Both the position numbers and the translations under genes were made by a program. This document shows, in pieces, positions 1-12,000 of a stretch of 64,000 nucleotides of DNA (positions within the stretch are counted from its first letter, which is position 1; each line of letters opens with the position of its first letter). Source of the DNA: Tubulanus polymorphus (Eukaryota > Animalia > Nemertea); assembly GCF_964204645.1 (NCBI RefSeq), contig NC_134025.1:10168001-10232000 (forward strand), read 5' to 3'. The notes below the pieces were generated by a model that did no database searches, had not been told where the DNA came from, and worked only from the letters and a program-made list of their open reading frames with translations.

Positions 1-3000
1 GGCCATGTTTCTCCGTGCTTATCTTGCCTTCTTCATCCTAGATCAGTTTGAAAATTATATTTTTAGAAAAATGGCGCCAACGAATACTACGATGATACTT
101 CGAAGAATACTGCAGAACTTCATTTCTGTATGAGGGATTATTCAATCAGAATGTTAATAGTCAACACATGGGGAAGAAAGTTAGAATGCTCTAATGAACA
201 TTTCGCTTAGATATATGAAAAACAAAAAGAGATTATTCATTGAGTAAGGAGATGAGGAAGTCAGTTAGATTTTTTTCCAAAATAGTCCATTTAGATACGA
301 AAGACAAAATCCAGATTAATCATTAATCAAGAAAGAGCGAGACAGAAAATCAAGAACTGTTGTAACTTAATGGGAAAAGTATTCATCAGTGTTTATACAA
401 AAAAGAAACAAGCATTTTCTTTTGTGGGGCCCTGAGAAACAAGCATTTTCTTTTGTGTACATTATACATGATGCCTAAAACTATTATGTCACTGGAGTTT
501 TGGATTAAGATTTGTAAGTGATGGCTTATAGAAATTGATCTACTAGGTATTCATATCATCAGATATGGTACTTAAAATGAAACGATATTCCTCTATATTA
601 CTTAGAACTTACTTTTAAAGGCAAACCGACAGTGATCTTTCCATGGCCGATATTCAGCGTAACGCACAGTTGACTTTGACATTGCATTTGTTCGAGTCGT
701 TGCTTTCGCCGAATCTTGTGATACTGGTCGTGGATCGTGTAGTGGCCAGAATTACTCTCAGAGTCTGAATCTGAATCTGTAAAATGTTGGAATAACATTT
801 ACGAATTTCAACAATTTCAGATATCACAAATGATAAAACATTTGACCGGATATATGGAAACATCACTTTTCTAAGTATGAGATTTTTTGCATTTTCACAC
901 TGTCTTCATGAAAATCATCAGTTTTCGAAAAAAAATCTAAGCAGAAGTAAAGAATAGTAAGCTATAATATAATGTAATATGTATGCTATAAAACCTTCAT
1001 TGTCGAAACGCTTACCATATTGAATGCCCGATTTGCACATGATGAATCGTTCATCCAAGGCATCGGGCTGCATAAGTTGAGTGGCAAGGTCCACACTGTA
1101 AGGTGGCAGAGAATAAGCGAACTGCTCCTGAGGATCAATAGGAGCAGGAGCCTGCGGTTCCCATAATAACAAATCACTGTTAATTCTGCAAAAAATTAAA
1201 TACAAACTCTTGAACAAAAACCGAGTTTTCTGTGGACATATGATCAATGCGGATATCTCTTATCTAATATCCATCTACAGACTTGAAATAAGCTAGTCAT
1301 ACCAAATATACGTATTCCATCAGTCTCCCCAGCAGGGATTTGAACCTGATGGCATCGCGACTCGCCACAGTACAAAACCCTGCTACAGTAGCCCGAGGGC
1401 ACAGCTACATGCGCGGCTTAGATGATGTCATTACTTGCCGATCAGAAATCCTATTTTATTTTAGCCCCAGTTTTACCATTCATAGTTTATCCGTGAAATT
1501 TGCTTCAGCGATTATAAAACAGGCAATCTGATCGGTGCTGCAGCAAACCTGCACGTGTAACTGCTCACCCAGTCTAGTGTGCCAAGGTTTTGTGCCATGC
1601 CCGAGACAAGCAATGCCATCGGGTTCGATTCCCTGCCAAGTGAAGACAGTATCTCGTATTGATCTGTACCTGTTATACAGCAGCTCGTAGAAATCTCGAT
1701 CTGGTAGCAGTATATTGATATTCGGAGCCGTTATTTCCAACGACATGCGCGTATTGCTCAGCGATTTCTCCTGGAATTCTTGCATCTCCTGTCGATCGCC
1801 GGGCATGACCATCTCTTCATTTTCGTACAGCACGCGCTTCGTCGAGAACGGCGACGGCTCCGGTTTGTTCTTTGCGAACTGGCACGCGCCGTCAAGCGAG
1901 TCGTGCGGTGTATTGTCCTCGGAATCGATGTCCGGATCTTCGAGCACCGACGCTCCTCTTTTAGGTAGCATGTGTACAACAAGCCTATAACAAACACCGC
2001 GCGAAAAGTATGAAATGTAACTTCACTAACAATAATCCTTATTACAATGAAGTTACCTGGTAAAATCATGATCTAGTCAATATATGTCAAATCATGTTAG
2101 TTAAAAGGTCACCAGGGGCAGATCCAGAGGCCAATTTTGAAAGACTTGTCACATCCCAAAGATGTCCAAAGAGGCAATATTAGGTGGTGTTCATCCACAC
2201 AGAGGGGCTAATTTTGAATTACTTGTCCATAAATTTGATGGACTTGTACAAGACTCCGTGGATCCGCCCTTGGTCACACTGTGTATGATTACTGAAGTGT
2301 AGACCGTTGTGTGGAGTGAGGATATTGTGAGGCTCGCTGGGCATAGGGACCCATTCCCTTTCTTGGACCCAGCCTATTGGGCTTTGTCTACACACAATCC
2401 CGTTCGGTGGGGGAAAACCACAGGCTTTATTTCGCAGACTCCTCAAACTATCTGTTGCTCAGCCCATTACAGCTATTAGTCATTAAGAGAAATTCTTGCA
2501 AAATTCTAACCTCAAATAGGTGTTTCATTACCGGTTCACAGGTTGAAACAGCCACGCTCCGGGGCGTGCAGTAGATATAAGGTATACCGCATATTTTCTA
2601 CATGGTCTCACCAAGTCAATGCATACCTGAGCTAGCTATATTCACCATGCAAGAATCTCATTAATCATCAACTTAACTGTTGCTGTTAAAACTAACTAGG
2701 CCCGAAGTTTAAGATTCAAAAACCACAGCATGTTCAACTGCATACATACCTGGGCCAGTCAAATCCATCTTCTCGATCAGTAGCAGCAGCATCATCAACT
2801 AACCCGTAACTTACTCTCAGAAATGATACGGGCGCTTCGTCTTCCTTCTTTTGGAACAGACCTGCAAAATATAGATAACAGTTTTTCGATACAAAAATGC
2901 ATTCAGTAGATCAAGGATCAATCCGATCGCAAATGAGATAAATATTGACCTAAAAATTAACTCATATTTTTCTACGTAAAGGCATTTATTGTGCCATAGT

Positions 3001-6000
3001 TTAAGTTAATGTATATTATGCTTGGCATAGTTCTTATAAGGATGTTTTCGCTGAAAATATCAGTAATTCTGATGGTTGGTACTGTCGCTTGCGACGCAGC
3101 GAAGATACTTGTCCTAAGCCCGGGAGGGCATAGTCATCTGCAACAAGTTTACACCATTGGTAAACAACTACTGAAGTCGGGAAGTCACGAGATCACCGCG
3201 CTGGTACCGGAGCACATGAAAAATTCACCTCTACTGAATACGAAAGAGATCGAAGTCGTCATGTTCGATCCGGGTCATGCCGCCACGGAGGCGCTGAGCA
3301 AAGAAGAGAACTTAAAAATTCAGAAAATGGTACTGAAAGGAGACCCGATTGAAATGGGTCGCAAGATGAAAATACTGAATTATGAGATGTGCATAAGTTT
3401 TCTTCGGAATCGAGAGCTTTTTGATCGTCTCAACGCTAAGAAATTCGATTTCGCAATCATAAACGGCGCTCCGATGGCTCGATGTTACTATTTCATGCTG
3501 TACAGACTCAACGTTTCATACGCGACGGTTACAACCATACCGTCGCCGGATATGATGTCTTCGTTACTAAATCTACCGTCCCTTCGAGCGCCGATGACGC
3601 TCAACGCCGAGATCAACGACGGAAATAACGAAAATACGTTCATCTGGCGTTTGAAAAATGCCTTGGTCACCGCTATGATCGTTTGGATGAATTACGATAA
3701 TCAGTTTACATCTTTTGTTCCCGAGCGTCCGCCGATGACCGTCACAAAATTAGCCAGTAATTCGAAAATCTGGCTGGTTGAGTCAGACGGTTTGCTTGAC
3801 GCTCCGCAACCAATCATGCCTCACATATTTCACGTAGGCGGTCTATCTATTACGAAACCTAAACAGCTTGAGTCGAAATTCAAAGCTATCGCCGATGAAG
3901 CTACCGATTCCTTGGTGCTAATTTCGTTCGGCGGATATTTGGATTTCATAGACGAAAAATTCTACGATAAAATCTATGAAGCTTTGAAGAAACTGCCGCA
4001 GTTCACTTTCATCTGGAAAATGAAACAACATCCGAAAGAAGCCCCGCCCAAGAACGTACACATATTCGACTGGTTACCTCAGAGAGAAATTCTCGCCCAT
4101 AAGAACGTAGTGCTGTTTATAACTCACTGCGGTAATGCCGGACAATACGAAGCTCTGTACAGCGCCGTTCCGATGCTTGGAATACCGTTCTTCAGCGATC
4201 AAGCTTCCAACGCGATAAGAATGTACAAGAAGGGATTCGGACGAATGCTGCATTTGAAAACGTTCACGACGCCGATGCTCGCGGATATGATCGTCCAAAT
4301 GACGTCGAATCCTCGATACAAACAGGCGATCGGAAAAGCGTCTGCTCTTTACCGGTTGAAAAAGCCGGCTATCGAACGCGCGGCCGAAGCTATCGAACAC
4401 GTTTTAGAACACGGTTCGGATCATTTACGTTCACCAGCAGTAGAACTCGAATGGTATCAATTGCTGATGTGGGACGTTGCTTTATTTCTACTGATCGCGA
4501 TGCATGCGCTGATATTTTCTATCGGTTTTTGCTTTTGTAAATGTTACAAATGTTGCCGACGGAAGTGCAGCCAAACGAGAAAACAAGAAATAAAACCGAA
4601 ATCCCAGTAAACAGATCAAGTCTGGCAAAGATGTATAGTTGTACCATATATACTTACTGATCTAAGTTTTTGTTTGCGTTATATCTTATCAAGTAAAAGT
4701 CATAAATATTCAATACCGGTACTTTGATGATAATTTTGATCGTCGTATCATTACCAAGATCTTTCGTTTAATATTTGTAATAGTGATTCACTCATTCGAA
4801 AATTCAGACAAAGCTTTATATACTGTATGGTATTAAATTTGAATTCTTTTTCAAAAGACGACAAACGAAGATTATGTCCCGGGGTTAAAAGATAACGTCA
4901 TATTTACAGGAATAGAGCAGCGTATACTGGTTCTCAATGAGCCGATCAATAGATATGCCATACGGTACATGAAATATATTCATATAAGAATGAATGACCC
5001 CATTACCGGTAAAAATTGCATATATACCACTGTTATATCAGTCAGATGATCTACGAGCAACAATCAGTACAGGGCATAAAATGGTAAGACTGTAATTTTA
5101 AACGATGCTATTGATTTTTCTGTTAAAAAATCATCTATCTTTTTTATAAATGATAATTTGATTGAATAATTCATGGTTTTCGATGAATTAATGATTCACT
5201 GTGTTAAGTAAACATAAAAAGTTTGATAAAAACTTTCTAATGAACACTATATATTGTTTGCAGACTTACAAGTAAGTCATCTACAAAAACATTAAGTCAT
5301 CTATCTTTTTTATAAATGATAATTTGATTGAATAATTTATGGTTTTCCATGAATTAATGATTCACTGTGTTAAGTAAACATAAAAAGTTTGATAAAAATT
5401 TTCTTATGAACACTATATATTGTTTGCAGACTTACAAGTAAGTCACCTACAAAAACATTGTACATGTATAATGACATGCAAATGAAAATGCTTGAATTGA
5501 TAAGGTGTCACTTTTTTAGATGATTTGTCTGTGGAAATTAGCGGCAATTCTAATGCTCAATTTTGCGGCATGCGAAGCAGCGAAGATACTCTTGATCGCA
5601 CCGGGAAGCCCGAGCCATCTGCAACAAGTCTACGTCATCGGTAAACAATTGGTGAAGTCGGGGCGTCATGAAATAACCGTACTGGTGCCGAAGCACATCG
5701 AGAATTCGCCGATACTGACTAATGACAAGATCAACGTTTTAACTTACAAGGCCAGTCCCGCGGCGGAGCGGATGGACACTGACGACGATATACAAAAAGA
5801 ATGGCAGAAAACGGCTTTAGAAGGCAATTTGTGGGCAATGTTACGTAATTTGAGGGAATTCAACTATGAAGCCTGTACGAGTTTTTTGAAAGATCAAGAA
5901 TTGTTCGCGAAAGTCAAAGCGAAGAACTTCGATTTCGCGATCATCGACGGCATATCGTTTTGCCGGTGTATGTACTTCATGGCGTACCGGTTGAACATTC

Positions 6001-9000
6001 CGTACGCGACGGTCGTCACCGTGCTCGCGCCGGACATGATGTCGTCGGTTCTGAATTTGCCGTCAATTCGCGAGCCGCTGACCGTCAACGCCGTGATCGG
6101 CGACGACGAAGGCACGTTCGTATGGCGCGTGAAAAACGCCTTGAAATCGGTGATGTTCGTACTTGTCGAGTCGTTTACGATCAATCAAAATCAGTTCGCG
6201 TACCTCGTTCCTGAGCGTCCGCCGACTACCGTCGAAAAATTGGCGCGCGATTCGAAAATCTGGCTGATCGATTCAGACAGTTCGCTCGACGCTCCGCAAC
6301 CAATCATGCCTCATGTATTTCAAGTAGGCGGTCTATCTATTTCAAAACCTAAACAGCTCGAGTCGAAATTTAAAGCTATCGCCGATAAAGCTACCGACTC
6401 CTTAGTGCTGATTTCATTCGGCGGTAATGTTAAAGCAATGGACGATGAATATTACAACAAAATCTACGAAGCCTTGAAGAAACTGCCGCAGTTCACGTTC
6501 ATCTGGAAGATCAAACAACATCCGAAGGAAAATCCACCTAAGAATGTTCACATATTCGACTGGATACCTCAGAGAGAAATTCTCGCTCATAAGAACGTAG
6601 TGCTGTTTATAACTCACTGCGGTAACGCCGGACAATACGAAGCTCTATACAGCGCCGTTCCAATGCTGGGAATACCGTTCTTCGGAGACCAACATTCGAA
6701 CGCAATACGAATGTTCAGAAGGGGCTTCGGCCAATTTCTCGATTTGAAAACGTTCACGACGCCGATGCTCACGGATATGATCGTCGAAATGACGTTGAAT
6801 CCTCGATACAAGCGGGCGATCCGAAAAGCGTCCGCTCTTTACTGGTTGAAAGAGCCGGCTATCGAACGCGCGGCCAAAGCTATCGAACACGTTTTAGAAC
6901 ACGGTTCGGATCATTTACGTTCACCGGCGGTAGAACTCGAATGGTATCAATTGCTGATGTGGGACGTCGCTTTATTTCTACTGATCGTTACACTTGTGGT
7001 GATATTTATCATCGGGTTTTGCTTGAGTAAATGTTACAAATGTTGCCGACGGTATTGTTGTAGATCAGGCAAACAAAAAAGAAAACAGAAACAAAGATAA
7101 TCATGACAACTTTCCAGACAATCACTTATGCCATAGATAATTTTTCTATCTTGTGACAGGTACTCAATACGATAAATGATTAGATTTTAACGACATCATG
7201 ATGGTCATGATGGTAGGCTTCTGCAGTTAAAAGGCCTTGCGCGCTTGCTGGTTATGTACCATATACAACTAGGCCCCCCCACTAGTCTAAATTCCAAGAT
7301 GTTCAGTGAAATTCACAAATTTCAATTTCAAATTTCAATATTTCGACCTGGTGACTAGTGGTTAACAATAAAAATTCCATACTACAATTTTATGAGCAAG
7401 AAATTAGAAAATTTGGCAAAAACTTGCCTCGACTTACCGTGAAGTTCACGACACGTGATGTCAAACGATTGACAAACATCGCTCGACGAAAACGACGAAT
7501 GGAAACTCGCGTCGCTCGATTCGAGTATCATTGTTTCATTGCGCAACGCTCGTTTCCACCACGGAAATCTATCGACTTGTCCCGTACGCAGATCAGGAAT
7601 CGGAAATCTGTAAAGACGGTGAAGAAAAATATGTCGTAAAATGGTGTCATGGGCAGATATTATGTTACATTCTTATGACAGGGATTCGAACCCAATGGCA
7701 TCTGATATCATAGTTCACCATTAGGTATAGTACATAAGCCTAATAGTATTTTTAACTACCCGGTATGTAGAAAATGTAAATAAGTATTGAAATTGTTGTA
7801 GGCCTGTCAAAGATTACGTTTTCTGATGCTACATAGTAGTAATGTTTCGGTTCTCACCTGACAAACAAAGTTGCATTTGGACTAGATATGTTGATGTCAT
7901 ATTTCCTATCACTACTAATACTTCCTTCGTCAATAGCTTGGCTAAAATATGACTGTCTTGACTGGAAATATGAAGTACATTCAATATTAGTTTTTTTCTC
8001 TGAAATTTTTGGCGAATGACTTTACTTTCCCTAAATTTACGATAGTCACATAATCCTTGAATCGATGACTAATCACACGCAAAAAAAATATACCCGGTAC
8101 ATGTTTCACGAGCAAAGCCATGACTATACAGCCTTCAACAGTTCTAAGCCATCAATAAAACTCAAACTACCTCAGGGGCCAGTTGCTAAAAAGTTGGTAT
8201 AAGATAACCCCAGTGGATTATCGTAACAATGAACTTTCAATTGCGACTATCCACTGATTAAATCTACACCATTTTTGAGCAGCTGGCGCCTGATAATCAA
8301 GTTAGCTTTGTGAACCCGTAGTACTAATCAGGGAGAGTTCGGGAAGAAAGTTTCTCACCATATGCGGATGGAAAGACCGTGTGAAATTTCCATCGCTACA
8401 TTTCGCCAATGGTTCCGGATTCAACAGAGAGTTAATGCGATCCACGATCGTTACGTCGAGTTCCGACTTGAATTTGCCGAGTTCGACGCGTACGTCTGTT
8501 TTCGGCAATTGCAGCGATCTGTTCGTTTTCTATCGGATGAAAAAATAGCGATGTTTTTAACGAAGTACGGGTCAAAATGATAAAGAAAATCGGAAGAATT
8601 TAGAAAAAAGAGTTTTAATTTTAGAAATATGCTTTCTAGATTTGTTATAGTATCTTTTATAATTTTATCTTACAGAATATCATCGAAGATTTATCCGGTA
8701 TCTACTAGCACCATGGACTCTAAAAACAATTTATTCGTTTTAGAGTCCATGCTAGCACGAAAGGAAAAATTTACCCCCTTACAGATTAAACTATCTATGC
8801 TTATGTGATTTTTATCTTCATTGTTATCGATTGAAAGATGGTTTTTATTTTTGATAGAATTGATAAATTTTGATGTCGAGTAGACCAACTCATAGTTGTA
8901 ATAAAAATAGAATTTATAGTTAATGAAAAATAGAATTTATAGTTAATAAAACGAGATTTCGATGAAAACTTTGTGTTCAGATTCTCAGTAGTTTGCATTT

Positions 9001-12000
9001 CTTTCTTACTTGACTGTTTCGTTCGTAGTTATGTAAGCGCAGTTTGACGCACGGTGACGCCGCCTGTTGCAGAGTCGAGAAATCATGGCGTTTATTATCT
9101 GTATTGGTTTCAAATACGAGTATCTGAAAAGAGAGATGAGACGTTACGGTTTTATTTGAATTGAAATGTGAAATATTGATCCCTGTAACTGTAAAGAACA
9201 GTTAAACCTTATTTGTTTCTTACACATTCCTTTTTATTGAGCAACCCATACAAGGCCAGCGGGTTCCAAGTTTCCCTATTAAGTGATATGGGGGAAAACT
9301 GTTGGCCCAGAAATGCTGAATCAAACATGAACCAGGGATGGATTCAGACAGTAGCAACGTAGGCTCATGCTACCATTGCAAGAACTTCATGCCTTTTTTC
9401 ATTTCATTATTGCTTGAAAATCGCACGATAAAGCAGTAAATTTTCCAAATTTTCATGGATGATGCCCTTTTTTATGAATTGCGCTACCCCCAACAGCGGT
9501 CCCTGGATCCGGGCCCAGTGAACTCTGGATTGTTGCCCGATTGAGACCGTCACGTAATAGAATACCCGTATGTCTGCGGATAAAATGGGCTTTGAATGCG
9601 GGCCCTATTGAATTGATTTTTATTGCGTAATTTCCATCACAAATAAGTCTGCACGAAAAGACTTACGATATATTTATCATACAAAATACAAATGTTCCGT
9701 AGTCGCGCAGAAAAAAATACAATTGCAGCTGGTTTCGCGCACAACGAGCGTGAAATACTACGCATTCAAAATCTATGATAGATTATTCAACGAATCATAG
9801 TCATAGTTAAATTTCCATGAACAAATGAACAAAGCTGCTACACGCAGCTCGTTATAAGTACGAAACAGATGGATGCTAGTAAACTTCGCTTGTACTGGTA
9901 TCATCAGGGGGTAGGGGTATCTTGTCACAGCTGTCACCCGTCATTGTTTATACCCGATCTACACATAAAGGGCATTTGTCAACCACGACTGTATAAATAA
10001 TCATGCGCCGCGATATGATATATTTTTGCTCTTTCTACCGTCTATTTTTAGTTCACTACGATACGTCTTATTCCTCATTGAGAAAAATGTTTTACTCGCT
10101 TAAAAGTAACAATAATCAAATCAGTATTTATCAGTAAATAGTAACAAATATTGAAAATCAAGAACAGTTAGCAGCCCCGGCTATGAGCATAAAAAATGAC
10201 GTTATCGTAGTTTTGAATCTATGAAGCAAAATAGTTTAAAAGTAATAATCGGATATCTATGCTCTTAGGTATTCCCTATTGTTGCCTGAAGTATTTACTA
10301 TCTATCTTCATCAAATTCTATACTTTAGTTCCATTGAAATTTTACTTAGGATTTTTACCCGGGCGATTCTTCACTAGGGGAATTTTTACCCAGCGAGGGG
10401 GATTATTACCTACACTTGTTTAACTTTTTTATTTATAATACAGATAAGTTTTATTTCCATCAAAATAATGTACATTATCTTTATCTCACTACGCGGCATA
10501 TACGGCATTACGGGCTTGTGTAACTCTATTGGATACAAGTACTGTCTCGAGAGTCAGTTAGTATATATTATCGATCGATACCATTTTCCGGGTAACTATC
10601 GACTTGTTGACGTCAACAACATCAACACAGATTTACACCATTCTGTGCCGCTGAAAGACTCGATACATAAACAACGGCAGGTTCAGAGTTGACTTCAAAA
10701 TAAATTAATCATTTGATTTCAATAACAGATATCGGTGGTTAAATACGGCATTATCAATGGGTGTGGTTCATAATATATGACTCACCCTCGGAGAGAAATG
10801 ACTCACACCAGTCGCTAAGCAACATATGTCTGTGTACAATGGCGATAGGGCCGTTATGAGCTCACAAGCTTTTATAGCCCATTGTTAATGAACACTTCAT
10901 GAACACTTGTAATATGGAAAACTTCGATGCCAGGCAGTCTCTGTTTGCCCAGGCACTTGCAATATTCATCTAAAATCATGAATTTCAATTTCGCTCGCAT
11001 CAAAATTCAAATTTGTTGTCGTCTAACCGTGGAAAAATTGATTTTAAATTTTTCGAAATTTCATGCCATTGACTTAATTAAAACTTTGAGAGAAGTCTAT
11101 CTCGAAGATGTCCGGTGTAGAGAATATTAATAGATTTACAGAGACACTTCATCTGTGAACCAGCGCCCATCATCAGGCTAAAATAAAATGGATACCTTGT
11201 TTCTCAAAATCGGCCGGGTCACATTTGTAAACTGATATAAAATTTGTAATCAGTTCATTTCTATAGCTGTTGGGTCTGTAGTGGTTAGCTTGATCATGAT
11301 TTAAAAAAAAGTAATGTACAGGGTATAGGCAGCCGGGTCAAGTTTTAAGCTAAGCAGAAATGAGAAACAAAAGGTATCAATTTTTCTTAGCCTAAGGTAG
11401 AATTTCTGAATCACCATTTCCAAAATTTCGACTGTATTCCAGACGTCATCGACATAAATGAGGCGAGAATGGACGAGACAGTTTGAAATAGAGCAACCTT
11501 ACTCATAGAATGAGCTATGTATAAAAAATCATATACGTTTGTTTTTTGACAAGTTTCGGTTAGGTACAGGTAATAATACGACGGATTATCATCGCGTTAT
11601 TTGTTATCAATCGAACTAAAACAGCGCAGCAATCACAATAATCCTTAAACCCGATCGAAAATAACGATGGATCAACGTCAATGTTTATTATGTAGCATAT
11701 TAGACAATGGATCTGGCGATTACTACGCTTGCCGATAATGATATTACCCGGCGTGACTCGAAAATATCATATCGACGAAAACTGGAAAAATTCGGCTGCT
11801 GAAGTCGAATGGACATGCGCGACTTGGTTGCGTAGATTCAGTTTAGAATCGTGTATACCTCTACTCGAGACTTCGTTATTTCATTAAGTTTACACCGGTG
11901 GATTACGACGTAATTAAAACGCGAAATCAGCGAATATTTACGACGCGGTATATTGTGACATCACAGCGCCGTTCATGTCACACACACACACACACTCACA

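Noticed and set aside
405-457. Short direct repeats (also 8902-8947 and 51118-51180)
   Set aside because: Ordinary 20-25 bp slippage duplications in introns.
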